Source: a virus
IMG/VR virus record: IMGVR_UViG_3300027126_000006
Length of the DNA stretch: 64,000 nt
Strand: one strand, 5' to 3'
The position numbers were made by a program, and so were the translations under genes. Within the stretch, counting starts at the first letter, position 1. Each line of letters opens with the position of its first letter. The notes below the pieces were generated by a model. That model did not search any database, had not been told where the DNA came from, and saw nothing but the letters and a program-made list of their open reading frames with translations. Below, piece after piece: positions 19,555 through 28,398 of the stretch.

Positions 19555-22275
19555 TTAGATTAATACAAATGATGTTTTGTTAGTGACCTTATCATCAACC
19601 ATGGTGAAGCACATCTTACGATTTACGCCACCACCAGATGTGTCGCCGGCCTTCAATCCCCTATATCCAATGTGGATCCAGTTCCATCCCTTAGATGGAG
19701 CATATTCAAGAATTAGCTGGTCATATGGGATGGTTCTTTCGATTTGTTGAATTAACTCATATGTGTGTGGGTGACGAGCTGATCCACCTGGCTTAAGAAG
19801 GCCAATATCAACTGCACGTCCCATTCCATGATCGCTATTTCCACTACCCTGACGATATCCTGATGTGATTCTCCATAACTTACCATACCCAGCCATTCCT
19901 TCTGGAAGAACACTCAGTAGTGGTTCCATACAATTAGCAGCAACTTGAGCAAGGTTACATACAATCTGCTGTTCTGTTAGCCCCATTTGGGCAACTAATC
20001 TATGCTGACGGTTGAATCCACCATCAAAGAACATACCTAAGGTAAAGTTGGGTGATAGTCTAAACGTCCCAGTAAATTCAGATACATTTTGAACAATCGC
20101 ACATGGAACAACAGTATTCGTATTTGCACCTCCGGATGGCTTAGCTTCTTCCTGTGGTGTAACGGTTTCTGTCTTACCGTGGTCAGCTTCTGTCTTTGTT
20201 TTAAACTCTTGTCCGTCTTTTGTAGCCCACTGATCTGGAGTTTCAAACTGATACGGCTTCTCTCCTTCTAGTGGAGGTGGTGAAAGGAAGTCCATTCTAA
20301 CATTGAGAGCTTCTTTGGCACCAGGTGTAGTTAGAGAATACGATGTAGCATCAGACGCAACCCCACTATTCAACCACACATTGGATCCATCAACGCCAAT
20401 ATCACCACCGGCCTTAATACTTGCAGAGGCACCTGATGAGAGGTTAGCAGCTCCCCCTGATTTCATTTCAAGGTTACCGCCTGCTTGTAAACTAGACAGA
20501 CCAGTCGAGTACATCTTGAAGTCACCGCCAACAGCAATAGACATATTGCCTGTGACGCCAATGTCATAGTCACCACCAACTTCCATCTTTGCTGAGCCAG
20601 CGACTTCAATATTAGCATCTGATCTACAGTATATGTTAATGTTTCCGTTTACAGTAAGGTTAGCAGAACCTTGAATGTATATCACACCATTACGATCAAC
20701 AATCTGGTAGTCATCTCCAATTATTCTTGTAACACGAGTTCCATTTACGTCAATCTCTTCAAATGTACCAGCTCGATGGTACCGGTGGGTACGCTCATAT
20801 CCAGGAGTGTCATCAAACTCTTGAATGTGGCCTGATTCCGTCTCATAAGTGTGATTGAACGGATACTTAGCACCATATGGAATTGTTGGTTGATCAACTG
20901 TACCTTGACCAAGAGCTAAAGGAATACTTCGGACTCTCTTTGAATTCTTGAGAGGAACAATTGTCCCATCAAACATACCACGAGCTAGACGGTGCGTATC
21001 TGGCTCTTTTAGTAGCGCCTTGAGAGGATACTTTTTGTTTGGGTCCTTGAATCCCGACTCACCATCTGTTGGAGGACTTGGAACAAAGGTTTCGTTAGGC
21101 CCTAAAACAACTGTAGTGGGTGGTGGATCACCGGCCGTCTTCTCAACTGCTTCTATAGCTGTTGTCTCAGTCTTAGTTCCATAGAAGTACTCATAGTATT
21201 TTAATCGCTTTGCTAGTGCTGTATCATTTGCAGCAGCTCCAACAGCAGTCTTAGCAGCATAGAAGTACCCGGGATTAGCGTTGGCTGGAGTAGATGCAGG
21301 TGTTCTTCTTTTAATGTAGTGAGCAGCACATAGTGCGCTAACATCGACGTCAGTAATCAACAGATCTGGATTAGAAAGAATGTCTACACCCATGACTTGT
21401 GAATACACTTTGTAGTTGGATCTACCAGTAATCTGGAGCATTCCTCTACCATAATACTTACCACCATCACCTGCTTGGGTATTTCCTAACCCTCTTCCGT
21501 TATTTTCTGGAGCATATACAAAGTCAAAGAACGACTCTCGTGTACCTTTCCAGTAAGCATACTTCTCAGCAAGTTCTGGTTTTCCGTTAAACGTATAGCC
21601 AAAAGTTCGCATTAGATTAGGAGCTGGATACACGTATCCTTCAGGAACAGCTTGCCATCCCGATTCTCCTCCACATAATGCAAGGAGAGTACACTTTTGC
21701 TCTCTAGTTGTTAACCCAACTTTATCAGCAGCAGCGATTAGAGCTTTAATTCCAGCGGCCGCTGCAATGCGATTTCCTTTGTACCAGGGAGGAGGTTCTG
21801 TTGGAATGTCAGTCGTTACTGTAGTTGTAGCTGGTTTTGTAGCAGCGTCAGCTTGGTCTTTAGCTTGAGGTTGTGATGCTGGTACTGGTGCTGTTTGAGC
21901 TGGAGCAGACTCAGTAGCCGGTTGTGTTACTACTTCCGGTGGATCGTCAAATAGCTTTCCAATCGTAACACTTTCTGCTTGAGGAATTCCACCAAGCGTA
22001 CCCATCATAATTGGTTGCTGATTGTATGGAGGATCTCGGAAAATGATTAGGATTGATGTCCCTTCCACTGGACCTAGAGGTGAATGTCCAATACCATTCA
22101 TTGATGCGGAAGTTAGTGGTCCTACTGGATAAGCCCAGGGTAGATCGTTGGTAGGAAGAATCGACTTATCATGGGTGTGAAGACCAACTATTCGAACTTG
22201 GCACCGACCAAGTTTCAAGGGGTCCATTCGGTTTTCTACAACCCCGATATAGAACATATTACTTTCGGTAGACAT
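19555..22275 (-). CDS. baseplate hub / central spike gp5 with GH19 lysozyme domain and C-terminal peptidase M15-like domain
   Basis: OB fold GVVENRMDPLKLGRCQVRIVGLH; GH19 LGNTQAGDGGKYYGRGMLQITGRSNY; YPFNHTYETESGHIQEFDDTPG; ITSGYR..SDHGMGRAVD..WIHIG. Confidence 0.92.
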   Translation of the reverse strand: MSTESNMFYIGVVENRMDPLKLGRCQVRIVGLHTHDKSILPTNDLPWAYPVGPLTSASMNGIGHSPLGPVEGTSILIIFRDPPYNQQPIMMGTLGGIPQAESVTIGKLFDDPPEVVTQPATESAPAQTAPVPASQPQAKDQADAATKPATTTVTTDIPTEPPPWYKGNRIAAAAGIKALIAAADKVGLTTREQKCTLLALCGGESGWQAVPEGYVYPAPNLMRTFGYTFNGKPELAEKYAYWKGTRESFFDFVYAPENNGRGLGNTQAGDGGKYYGRGMLQITGRSNYKVYSQVMGVDILSNPDLLITDVDVSALCAAHYIKRRTPASTPANANPGYFYAAKTAVGAAANDTALAKRLKYYEYFYGTKTETTAIEAVEKTAGDPPPTTVVLGPNETFVPSPPTDGESGFKDPNKKYPLKALLKEPDTHRLARGMFDGTIVPLKNSKRVRSIPLALGQGTVDQPTIPYGAKYPFNHTYETESGHIQEFDDTPGYERTHRYHRAGTFEEIDVNGTRVTRIIGDDYQIVDRNGVIYIQGSANLTVNGNINIYCRSDANIEVAGSAKMEVGGDYDIGVTGNMSIAVGGDFKMYSTGLSSLQAGGNLEMKSGGAANLSSGASASIKAGGDIGVDGSNVWLNSGVASDATSYSLTTPGAKEALNVRMDFLSPPPLEGEKPYQFETPDQWATKDGQEFKTKTEADHGKTETVTPQEEAKPSGGANTNTVVPCAIVQNVSEFTGTFRLSPNFTLGMFFDGGFNRQHRLVAQMGLTEQQIVCNLAQVAANCMEPLLSVLPEGMAGYGKLWRITSGYRQGSGNSDHGMGRAVDIGLLKPGGSARHPHTYELIQQIERTIPYDQLILEYAPSKGWNWIHIGYRGLKAGDTSGGGVNRKMCFTMVDDKVTNKTSFVLI

Positions 22276-23557
22276 TATCTAAATCCTGAATAAAGGAGTC
22301 TTTGATTAGTTGCATTGTGCACTCGTGCTTTTCTCTACTAATCTTGTGGCAAATCGTTGCAACTAAGTAGTTACCAGATAATAATTTATCCATTGAGTCT
22401 TCAGGTGAATCCTTGCCTGCGATTGATCCTCTGATAGGAATCTGAACTGTTACCTTTTGCCCAGCAGTATATTTACTTCTACCGGGTACCGTGATCTCTA
22501 ATTTTGAAGCTTCTGCAGCGCTAATTAGATGATTACGTCGTTGCATGAATGATATATTGCTTACATCCTGATATCCTTCAAAGTTGTTGAAGTATCCGGG
22601 TTCGTTGAATATACGAGAGCTACCTTGAAAGACTAAGTTGTTAGAGTGTAAAGAAAATTTGTTGAGGTGCTTGTCTTTTTCGGTTGTAAACGTAGGCTTA
22701 AATCCTACATGAGAATATCTCTTCGTAGTGATATCGTATGATATCAGTTGCGACCCATACATCCCCAATTGAATTCGATCAACATAATTAAAGTTTTCGG
22801 GGATGTTATAGTTTAAAATCTTTGAGAAGTCTGCTTCTACATCATGTGTAGATGAGCCTCCATTGATGTTGCTCTTTGAAACTAAATCTGTGTAGTTGTC
22901 GGCAACAAACTTAGATTGGATTGGATTGTCATATAATGTCTCAAGCGACTGGAAGATAAATCCGCCTCTATTTTCAAAAAATACATAGTCGGGAGTTCCT
23001 GCCGAGCTTTGTGCTTGTGATGTCAAATACATTATATTCTGTACAGGTGACCAGAAGTTTGAAACATATTTCGTTGAGTTTGAAGTCTCCTCAATTGCGT
23101 AGTCTTTCACACTCTCTAATGCAGTGCTATCCTTTAATATCTTTTCAACAAGCGTAGATACTTTACCGGAAAACGTCTTCGAGAGCTTCTTGTTAAGGTC
23201 AACAATTCCCTCGATTGACATCAAATGTAAAATATAAACCTGCTCTCGTTCAGCTGACTTCTCTGCGCCATCCATCTTATAGATATAAAAGATGTTGGTG
23301 AATACATCTTTATCATTAGATCCTGGAGTTCTAAACTGAAGGTCTACGCGCTCTTCTCCAACTAAAGGAATCTTATTTGGCAGGTCAATTGGATCTTTCA
23401 GAACCATTCTAGCTGTAATGAATGGTGCAAATATGTCCTCAAACACTTCAACGTACGCTAGTTGATTGGTGATGTCGACAGAGGTGCCGTTTAGAGATAC
23501 AATATTACATGCAAGTATCTCTACATCACCAGCAAATGTATTCTTGAAGTATGACAT
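22259..23557 (-). CDS. baseplate hub / tail protein (gp27-like)
   Basis: VFEDIFAPFITARM..D, YVFFENRGGFIFQSLETL and LSGNYLVATICH; located between gp53 and gp5. Confidence 0.7.
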   Translation of the reverse strand: MSYFKNTFAGDVEILACNIVSLNGTSVDITNQLAYVEVFEDIFAPFITARMVLKDPIDLPNKIPLVGEERVDLQFRTPGSNDKDVFTNIFYIYKMDGAEKSAEREQVYILHLMSIEGIVDLNKKLSKTFSGKVSTLVEKILKDSTALESVKDYAIEETSNSTKYVSNFWSPVQNIMYLTSQAQSSAGTPDYVFFENRGGFIFQSLETLYDNPIQSKFVADNYTDLVSKSNINGGSSTHDVEADFSKILNYNIPENFNYVDRIQLGMYGSQLISYDITTKRYSHVGFKPTFTTEKDKHLNKFSLHSNNLVFQGSSRIFNEPGYFNNFEGYQDVSNISFMQRRNHLISAAEASKLEITVPGRSKYTAGQKVTVQIPIRGSIAGKDSPEDSMDKLLSGNYLVATICHKISREKHECTMQLIKDSFIQDLDNVYRK

Positions 23558-24051
23558 TACTTAATGAACTGTTCTAATTGATTTACTAACTGCGGAACTG
23601 CATCAGGGTGTATGATCTTTATCCTACGCTTGGATTCATTGACACTTTGTTCATAATCCCAGTTTGTCACTGCCGTTGCACCAAATGTACCAGGCAAAAC
23701 AATACTCCCATCAGCTAGCTGGTAATGTTTTATACTGTATAAATTTGCCCCGTATTTTTCTGTGGCATACTCAAGAAGGTCACGGTCACTGAGAGGAAAG
23801 TCGTTGATGTAATCAAAAGTTTCGTTCGTTAACATTACCACCCAATGGTATAGAGGAGATCCGTATACCTTTGCTGCAATGATTTCTGGTGTATCTCCAT
23901 CTTGTATATCGTACGAATCATATAATGTGATGGAGCTAAGCACGTCTCTACGAATCCGTACGTTAAGGGTAACGTCCCTCACAGCACGAACAACAGTTTC
24001 CCCATTTATTATGAATTCATAAGGGATAATAGGAAATTTTTTGAAATACAT
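23557..24051 (-). CDS. baseplate wedge protein gp53
   Basis: MYFKKFP, YDIQDGDTPEIIAAKVYG..YHWVVMLTN and YEQSVNESKRRIKI. Confidence 0.92.
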   Translation of the reverse strand: MYFKKFPIIPYEFIINGETVVRAVRDVTLNVRIRRDVLSSITLYDSYDIQDGDTPEIIAAKVYGSPLYHWVVMLTNETFDYINDFPLSDRDLLEYATEKYGANLYSIKHYQLADGSIVLPGTFGATAVTNWDYEQSVNESKRRIKIIHPDAVPQLVNQLEQFIK

Positions 24052-25223
24052 CAGTATCCGTCCTGAATATTTTCTTTTGTGAGGAGTGCCAACTCTTTGA
24101 ATGTCAGGGTTACATTAATTTGGGTCGGATGTCCATCCGGAAACATGGCTACTACCCCCTGTGGCATGTAGGAGATATTCATATCAGTCAATACACAAGA
24201 AGTGTGTCGGTGGAGGCTTTTATTTTCCTCACCGTTGTGGTAGTATGCAATATCAAACTCTGAAGGAACTAGATACAAAAACTCGGATTCACTTTTAAAC
24301 TCCGGGTGCATGTGCAACTTGAACATCTTAATGATTGCCTGTACGTTCCGTGCCTCTGTGAAGCTCTTCGGGTGGAATTGATATGAAAATGTAAATGTCC
24401 TGAAATCTACATTCTTAAACAGCTGTTCTGATTTGGGATTTGCAGCAACCCCTGCACCCTTTGCGAGGAATTTGCCGATCCCTGGTGTACTTAACGCTAC
24501 AGATGCAGCATAGTCAGTCGCAGCACCACCTCTTCCTTCAGCAGATACTAATGCCTTAGCAATATCAGCAACAGATCCTCCTAGATTACCAGCTATTGAG
24601 TTTAGGACCTGTGAACCGGCCATTGTCTCTTCTTCGTAATTTACACCATACTTGATAGAAAGGTCTGTTGGAATGTGAAGAGCAATACACGTTTTTAATC
24701 GCTTAAACTTCTTCTGAGTAGCTAATCTTCCAATTGTATTTCCTATTACCGCTCCACCAGCAGTATCAGCTACCTTGGCCGCCACTGCACCTCTTCCTGT
24801 TAGTTCAATTCCTGCACTACCTAAAATCTTCTTGGTTAATCCACTTGAAGCTCCGGCTATTGCTCCTGCTGTTGTTGCAAGAGTTTTACTATTAACGTCG
24901 GTTCTACTGACGTTGCCACTAAACCTTTCTGGCTGCTCTGATGATACTATAGATGGGTCAGCTCGTATGATCTTAGAATCTTCATGTACATTTAGGTAAA
25001 ATATTACGTAATTGCCTCCATACTCTGACGTATTTAAGAGGTCTTCGGGATATGAGTGTTGATTCGCGGAATAGTTAGTCGGATTCCATTGTATGCTATT
25101 ACCGCGTCTAACAGAATCAGAAGCTTTTGGTTGTCCCGCTACAGAAGGCTGTGAGCTAGATGACCCCACCTGAGCCATCAATAAAGCATCATCGGTGCCA
25201 GTAGCCATTCCATCGTTTGCCAT
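24051..25223 (-). CDS. baseplate tail-tube cap gp48
   Basis: NPKSEQLFKNVDFRTFTFSYQFHPKS..EA and LTFKELALLT. Confidence 0.88.
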   Translation of the reverse strand: MANDGMATGTDDALLMAQVGSSSSQPSVAGQPKASDSVRRGNSIQWNPTNYSANQHSYPEDLLNTSEYGGNYVIFYLNVHEDSKIIRADPSIVSSEQPERFSGNVSRTDVNSKTLATTAGAIAGASSGLTKKILGSAGIELTGRGAVAAKVADTAGGAVIGNTIGRLATQKKFKRLKTCIALHIPTDLSIKYGVNYEEETMAGSQVLNSIAGNLGGSVADIAKALVSAEGRGGAATDYAASVALSTPGIGKFLAKGAGVAANPKSEQLFKNVDFRTFTFSYQFHPKSFTEARNVQAIIKMFKLHMHPEFKSESEFLYLVPSEFDIAYYHNGEENKSLHRHTSCVLTDMNISYMPQGVVAMFPDGHPTQINVTLTFKELALLTKENIQDGY

Positions 25224-25267
25224 ATCGTGTACCCTAAATAAAATGTAAGCGCTTAACCTATTTATTT

Positions 25268-25723
25268 ATGCCACACTATCATAAAAGAAAATACATTCCC
25301 ATCCACCCAGAAAAGTATGAAGGGGATCCCACAGACATCATTATGAGGTCTTCATGGGAGACCAAGTTTGCCCTATGGTGTGATAATAATCCTAATGTAC
25401 TAAAGTGGTCATCGGAAACAACAGTGATCCCATATGTATGTCCTACCGATAATAGACCTCACCGCTACTTTGTAGACTTTAAGATTAGAGTGAAGACCAA
25501 GACAGGATCGTTAAAGACCTACCTTGTTGAAATCAAGCCAGAAAAGCAGACAAGACCACCAGATACACCCAAAAGGAAAACCAGGCAGTACATTGCAGAA
25601 GTAATGACGTGGGGAAAGAACGAAGCTAAGTGGAAGGCAGCAACAAATTACTGTAAGGATAGAGGATATGAATTCATCATCCTTACAGAACGGGATTTAT
25701 TCAACACCTCAGGGCGGACATAG
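25268..25723 (+). CDS. head completion nuclease gp4 (TnsA-like)
   Basis: KYEGDPTDIIMRSSWE, WSSE, HRYFVDF, LVEIKP and NEAKWKAA. Confidence 0.93.
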   Translation: MPHYHKRKYIPIHPEKYEGDPTDIIMRSSWETKFALWCDNNPNVLKWSSETTVIPYVCPTDNRPHRYFVDFKIRVKTKTGSLKTYLVEIKPEKQTRPPDTPKRKTRQYIAEVMTWGKNEAKWKAATNYCKDRGYEFIILTERDLFNTSGRT

Positions 25724-25725
25724 TG

Positions 25726-25754
25726 ATTATAGCGGCCGAAAAAAATAATGTCAA
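25726..25754 (-). promoter_or_regulatory. consensus sigma70 promoter (TTGACA-N17-TATAAT) pointing antisense into gp4
   Basis: forward attata 25726-31 and tgtcaa 25749-54 with a 17-nt spacer. Confidence 0.7.
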
Positions 25755-25762
25755 ATTTTTCT

Positions 25763-25770
25763 TATAAATA
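25763..25770 (+). promoter_or_regulatory. T4-type late promoter TATAAATA
   Basis: exact motif 5 nt before the gp2 start. Confidence 0.8.
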
Positions 25771-25775
25771 ACAGT

Positions 25776-26354
25776 ATGGGAATATACACCACAATCTTTC
25801 AGAAGAACCAATACGACTTGCAACAGATGGCAAAGAAGTCGCAGAGTTGGTTCCAGCAGCAGGCTCAAATGCTGGGCGGGCAGCGTATCGCTCCAATGAC
25901 CTTGATTAGGTCCGACTCATCGAAGAATGTCACCAAGATCATTCCGGGTGAGATGTATTTGTTTGCTTATGATCCAAAATTAAAAGACACTTTACCATAC
26001 TGGGATATGTATCCTTTGGTCTTTCCATTCAGACGGCTTCCAGATGGATTTATTGGTCTAAACATGCACTATCTACCTTACATGCTTAGGGCTAGGATTC
26101 TAGATAGGTTGATGAGTTACGCTACAAATAAGACGATGGATCAGACCACGAGATTGAAGTTCTCATGGGCCACAATCCAGAGTGCATCTAAGTTGCAGCT
26201 TGCAGAGTCTTGTGTTCATAGATATCTGCTCAGCAATGTTAAATCTCCCTTCAAACGAATTGAATCTGCTCACTGGGCAACAGCTCTCATGCTCCCAGTA
26301 GAGAAGTTCGTAGGGTCCTCAAAACAACGTGTATGGACTGAATCGCTAAGATGA
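25776..26354 (+). CDS. DNA end protector protein gp2
   Basis: MYLFAYDPKLKDTLPYWDMYPLVFPF...FIGLNMHYLP. Confidence 0.93.
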   Translation: MGIYTTIFQKNQYDLQQMAKKSQSWFQQQAQMLGGQRIAPMTLIRSDSSKNVTKIIPGEMYLFAYDPKLKDTLPYWDMYPLVFPFRRLPDGFIGLNMHYLPYMLRARILDRLMSYATNKTMDQTTRLKFSWATIQSASKLQLAESCVHRYLLSNVKSPFKRIESAHWATALMLPVEKFVGSSKQRVWTESLR

Positions 26355-27088
26355 GTACAATCAAAGACTTCATTGCTCAAGTAAAAACGAGAGGAGCGGC
26401 TCGGGTCAACAGATATATTGTGCAATTGCCCATGGTATCGAAAGATCACATCACGGCATCCGCACTATATTGTGAGAGTGTAACATTACCTGGAATGTCT
26501 GTGAATACGAACCCATATATGATAACCAGTGAAGCTATAGACTTCCCCTCCAATAGGATTTTTGAACCCGTAAACATGACATTCTATGTTGACTCAAATT
26601 TATCTCTTAAGACGTGGTTTGATGCCTGGGTACGATATTCAATAGATGATAGGACAGGAGCAGTGAACTACTATCAATACTATGCCAAAGATAGTGATAT
26701 TAGTATTACAGTACTAGATGTAAATGATACCCCCGTATACAAATGTACACTATACGAGGCTTGGCCAAAGACTGTCGGAGATGTAGTTCTTTCAGCTGTA
26801 GATAATAATGTGATGAGGTTAAACGTGACGTTTAACTATCGTAAATGGTCTTACGAAGTATTGAATTCATCTAACCCAGAAGGAACTATCCGTAGCAGAT
26901 CAAGTCGACCAATAGAAGCTAATGGTCCTAATGAAGGTGATGTTCAGGGAATCATCACTGGAACTCCAGATGAGCTTACTACTAATGTATCAATGATTGC
27001 TCCAATAGGTCCTGTCTCTTCTGGATCACTATATAATATGAGTATGCCAGCATATGAAGATGATGGCACCCCTACTTTTGTGACGTAA
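26351..27088 (+). CDS. tail tube initiator / tube-like protein (gp54/gp19 family)
   Basis: CESVTLPG, MTFYVD and LYEAWPKTVG...LNVTFNYRKW. Confidence 0.8.
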   Translation: MSTIKDFIAQVKTRGAARVNRYIVQLPMVSKDHITASALYCESVTLPGMSVNTNPYMITSEAIDFPSNRIFEPVNMTFYVDSNLSLKTWFDAWVRYSIDDRTGAVNYYQYYAKDSDISITVLDVNDTPVYKCTLYEAWPKTVGDVVLSAVDNNVMRLNVTFNYRKWSYEVLNSSNPEGTIRSRSSRPIEANGPNEGDVQGIITGTPDELTTNVSMIAPIGPVSSGSLYNMSMPAYEDDGTPTFVT

Positions 27089-27089
27089 T

Positions 27090-27494
27090 ATGAATACACT
27101 CAATGATAAGTTTGGTATAGAAACACTGCCAGTAGAAGTTGTAACCAAGACTGGTGAGGTTATTGTACCTGCACCTAATAGCGATGAAGAAGCTATTGAG
27201 TATGATTATGAAAAGACGAGGAACAATCTACATTCTCTTCTAGAGCAAGGTCAAGATGCGCTAATTCATGCACTTGAAGTAGCAAAGCAATCAGAACATC
27301 CGAGGGCATTTGAGGTAGTTGGTGGCTTAATGAAGCAACTTGCTGACGTTAATCATCAACTACTCGATCTAACAGAAAAGAAACAGAAACTCAAGGGCAA
27401 ACCAACAACAACACCAGACAAGCAAGTGACAAATAACAACGCTTTCTTTGTAGGTTCTACAGCTGAATTGAACAAATTATTAAAAGGTGAATAA
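27090..27494 (+). CDS. terminase small subunit gp16
   Basis: DYEKTRNNL...LEVAKQSEHPRAFEV...NNAFFVGSTAELNKLLK. Confidence 0.85.
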   Translation: MNTLNDKFGIETLPVEVVTKTGEVIVPAPNSDEEAIEYDYEKTRNNLHSLLEQGQDALIHALEVAKQSEHPRAFEVVGGLMKQLADVNHQLLDLTEKKQKLKGKPTTTPDKQVTNNNAFFVGSTAELNKLLKGE

Positions 27495-27496
27495 TT

Positions 27497-28210
27497 ATGG
27501 CTTTACCAATCAACACAATGCCCGTGTACACACTGACTATTCCTTCGACAAAGAAGGAGATGAAATATAGGCCGTTTCTTGTTAAGGAAGAAAAATCTCT
27601 ATTAGTAGCTCAACAATCCGAAGATAGTATGGTGATGTTGGATACAGTAAAAGCTGTAATTGCATCATGCGCTAAGACGCCAATTGATGTCGACAAGTTG
27701 GCAACATTCGATGTAGAGTACATATTCTTGCAACTTCGGGCAATGTCAATTGGAGAGGTTGTTGATCTAACTTTTAAGTGCGATACGTGCGAGGATGAAA
27801 AGGCTAGAGCTAAGGTATCATTGAATCTTCAGGAAGCTAAGGTAGTGTTTCTGGATGAACACACCACCAAGATTCCTCTATTCAACGACGTTGGTATGGT
27901 AATGAAGTATCCTACATTGGATATTATTAAGAAAATTGAAAACTACAATTCAACAGACATCGAAGATAAGATTAACAACACAATTGAGTGCATTGATTAC
28001 ATCTACACAGGGGATGAGATGTTTCCTGCTGCTGATCAGACACAAGAAGAGTTACGAGAGTTTGTGGAAAACCTAACAGCAGACCAATTTGATAAAGTTC
28101 AACAATTCTTCAATACAATGCCATCTCTACGACAGTATGTCAAATATAACTGTCCTGTATGCAATAAGCCACATGACAAATATGTTGAAGGACTAGCAAG
28201 TTTTTTTTGA
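27497..28210 (+). CDS. baseplate hub subunit / assembly chaperone (gp26-like)
   Basis: MALP...YRPFLVKEEK.LL, DVEYIFLQLRAMSIGE, CPVC...GLASFF. Confidence 0.88.
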   Translation: MALPINTMPVYTLTIPSTKKEMKYRPFLVKEEKSLLVAQQSEDSMVMLDTVKAVIASCAKTPIDVDKLATFDVEYIFLQLRAMSIGEVVDLTFKCDTCEDEKARAKVSLNLQEAKVVFLDEHTTKIPLFNDVGMVMKYPTLDIIKKIENYNSTDIEDKINNTIECIDYIYTGDEMFPAADQTQEELREFVENLTADQFDKVQQFFNTMPSLRQYVKYNCPVCNKPHDKYVEGLASFF

Positions 28211-28395
28211 TATGCCTAGCGCACGATGACTTATATAACTACTACAAGACAAATTTTTCATTGATGCAGTACCACAAGTATACGCTAGGCGACATTGAAA
28301 ATATGGTACCGTTTGAACGTGAGATTTACGTTAACATGTTGATACAATATCTTGAGGAAGAAAAACAAAGGTTGCAGCAAAAAAAACAAGGGTAA
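28207..28395 (+). CDS. baseplate hub assembly catalyst (gp51-like); possibly expressed by -1 frameshift from the upstream gene
   Basis: YYKTNFSLMQYHKYTLGDIENMVPFEREIYVNML; weak TTG start inside a T8 run. Confidence 0.85.
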   Translation: MICLAHDDLYNYYKTNFSLMQYHKYTLGDIENMVPFEREIYVNMLIQYLEEEKQRLQQKKQG

Positions 28396-28398
28396 ACC

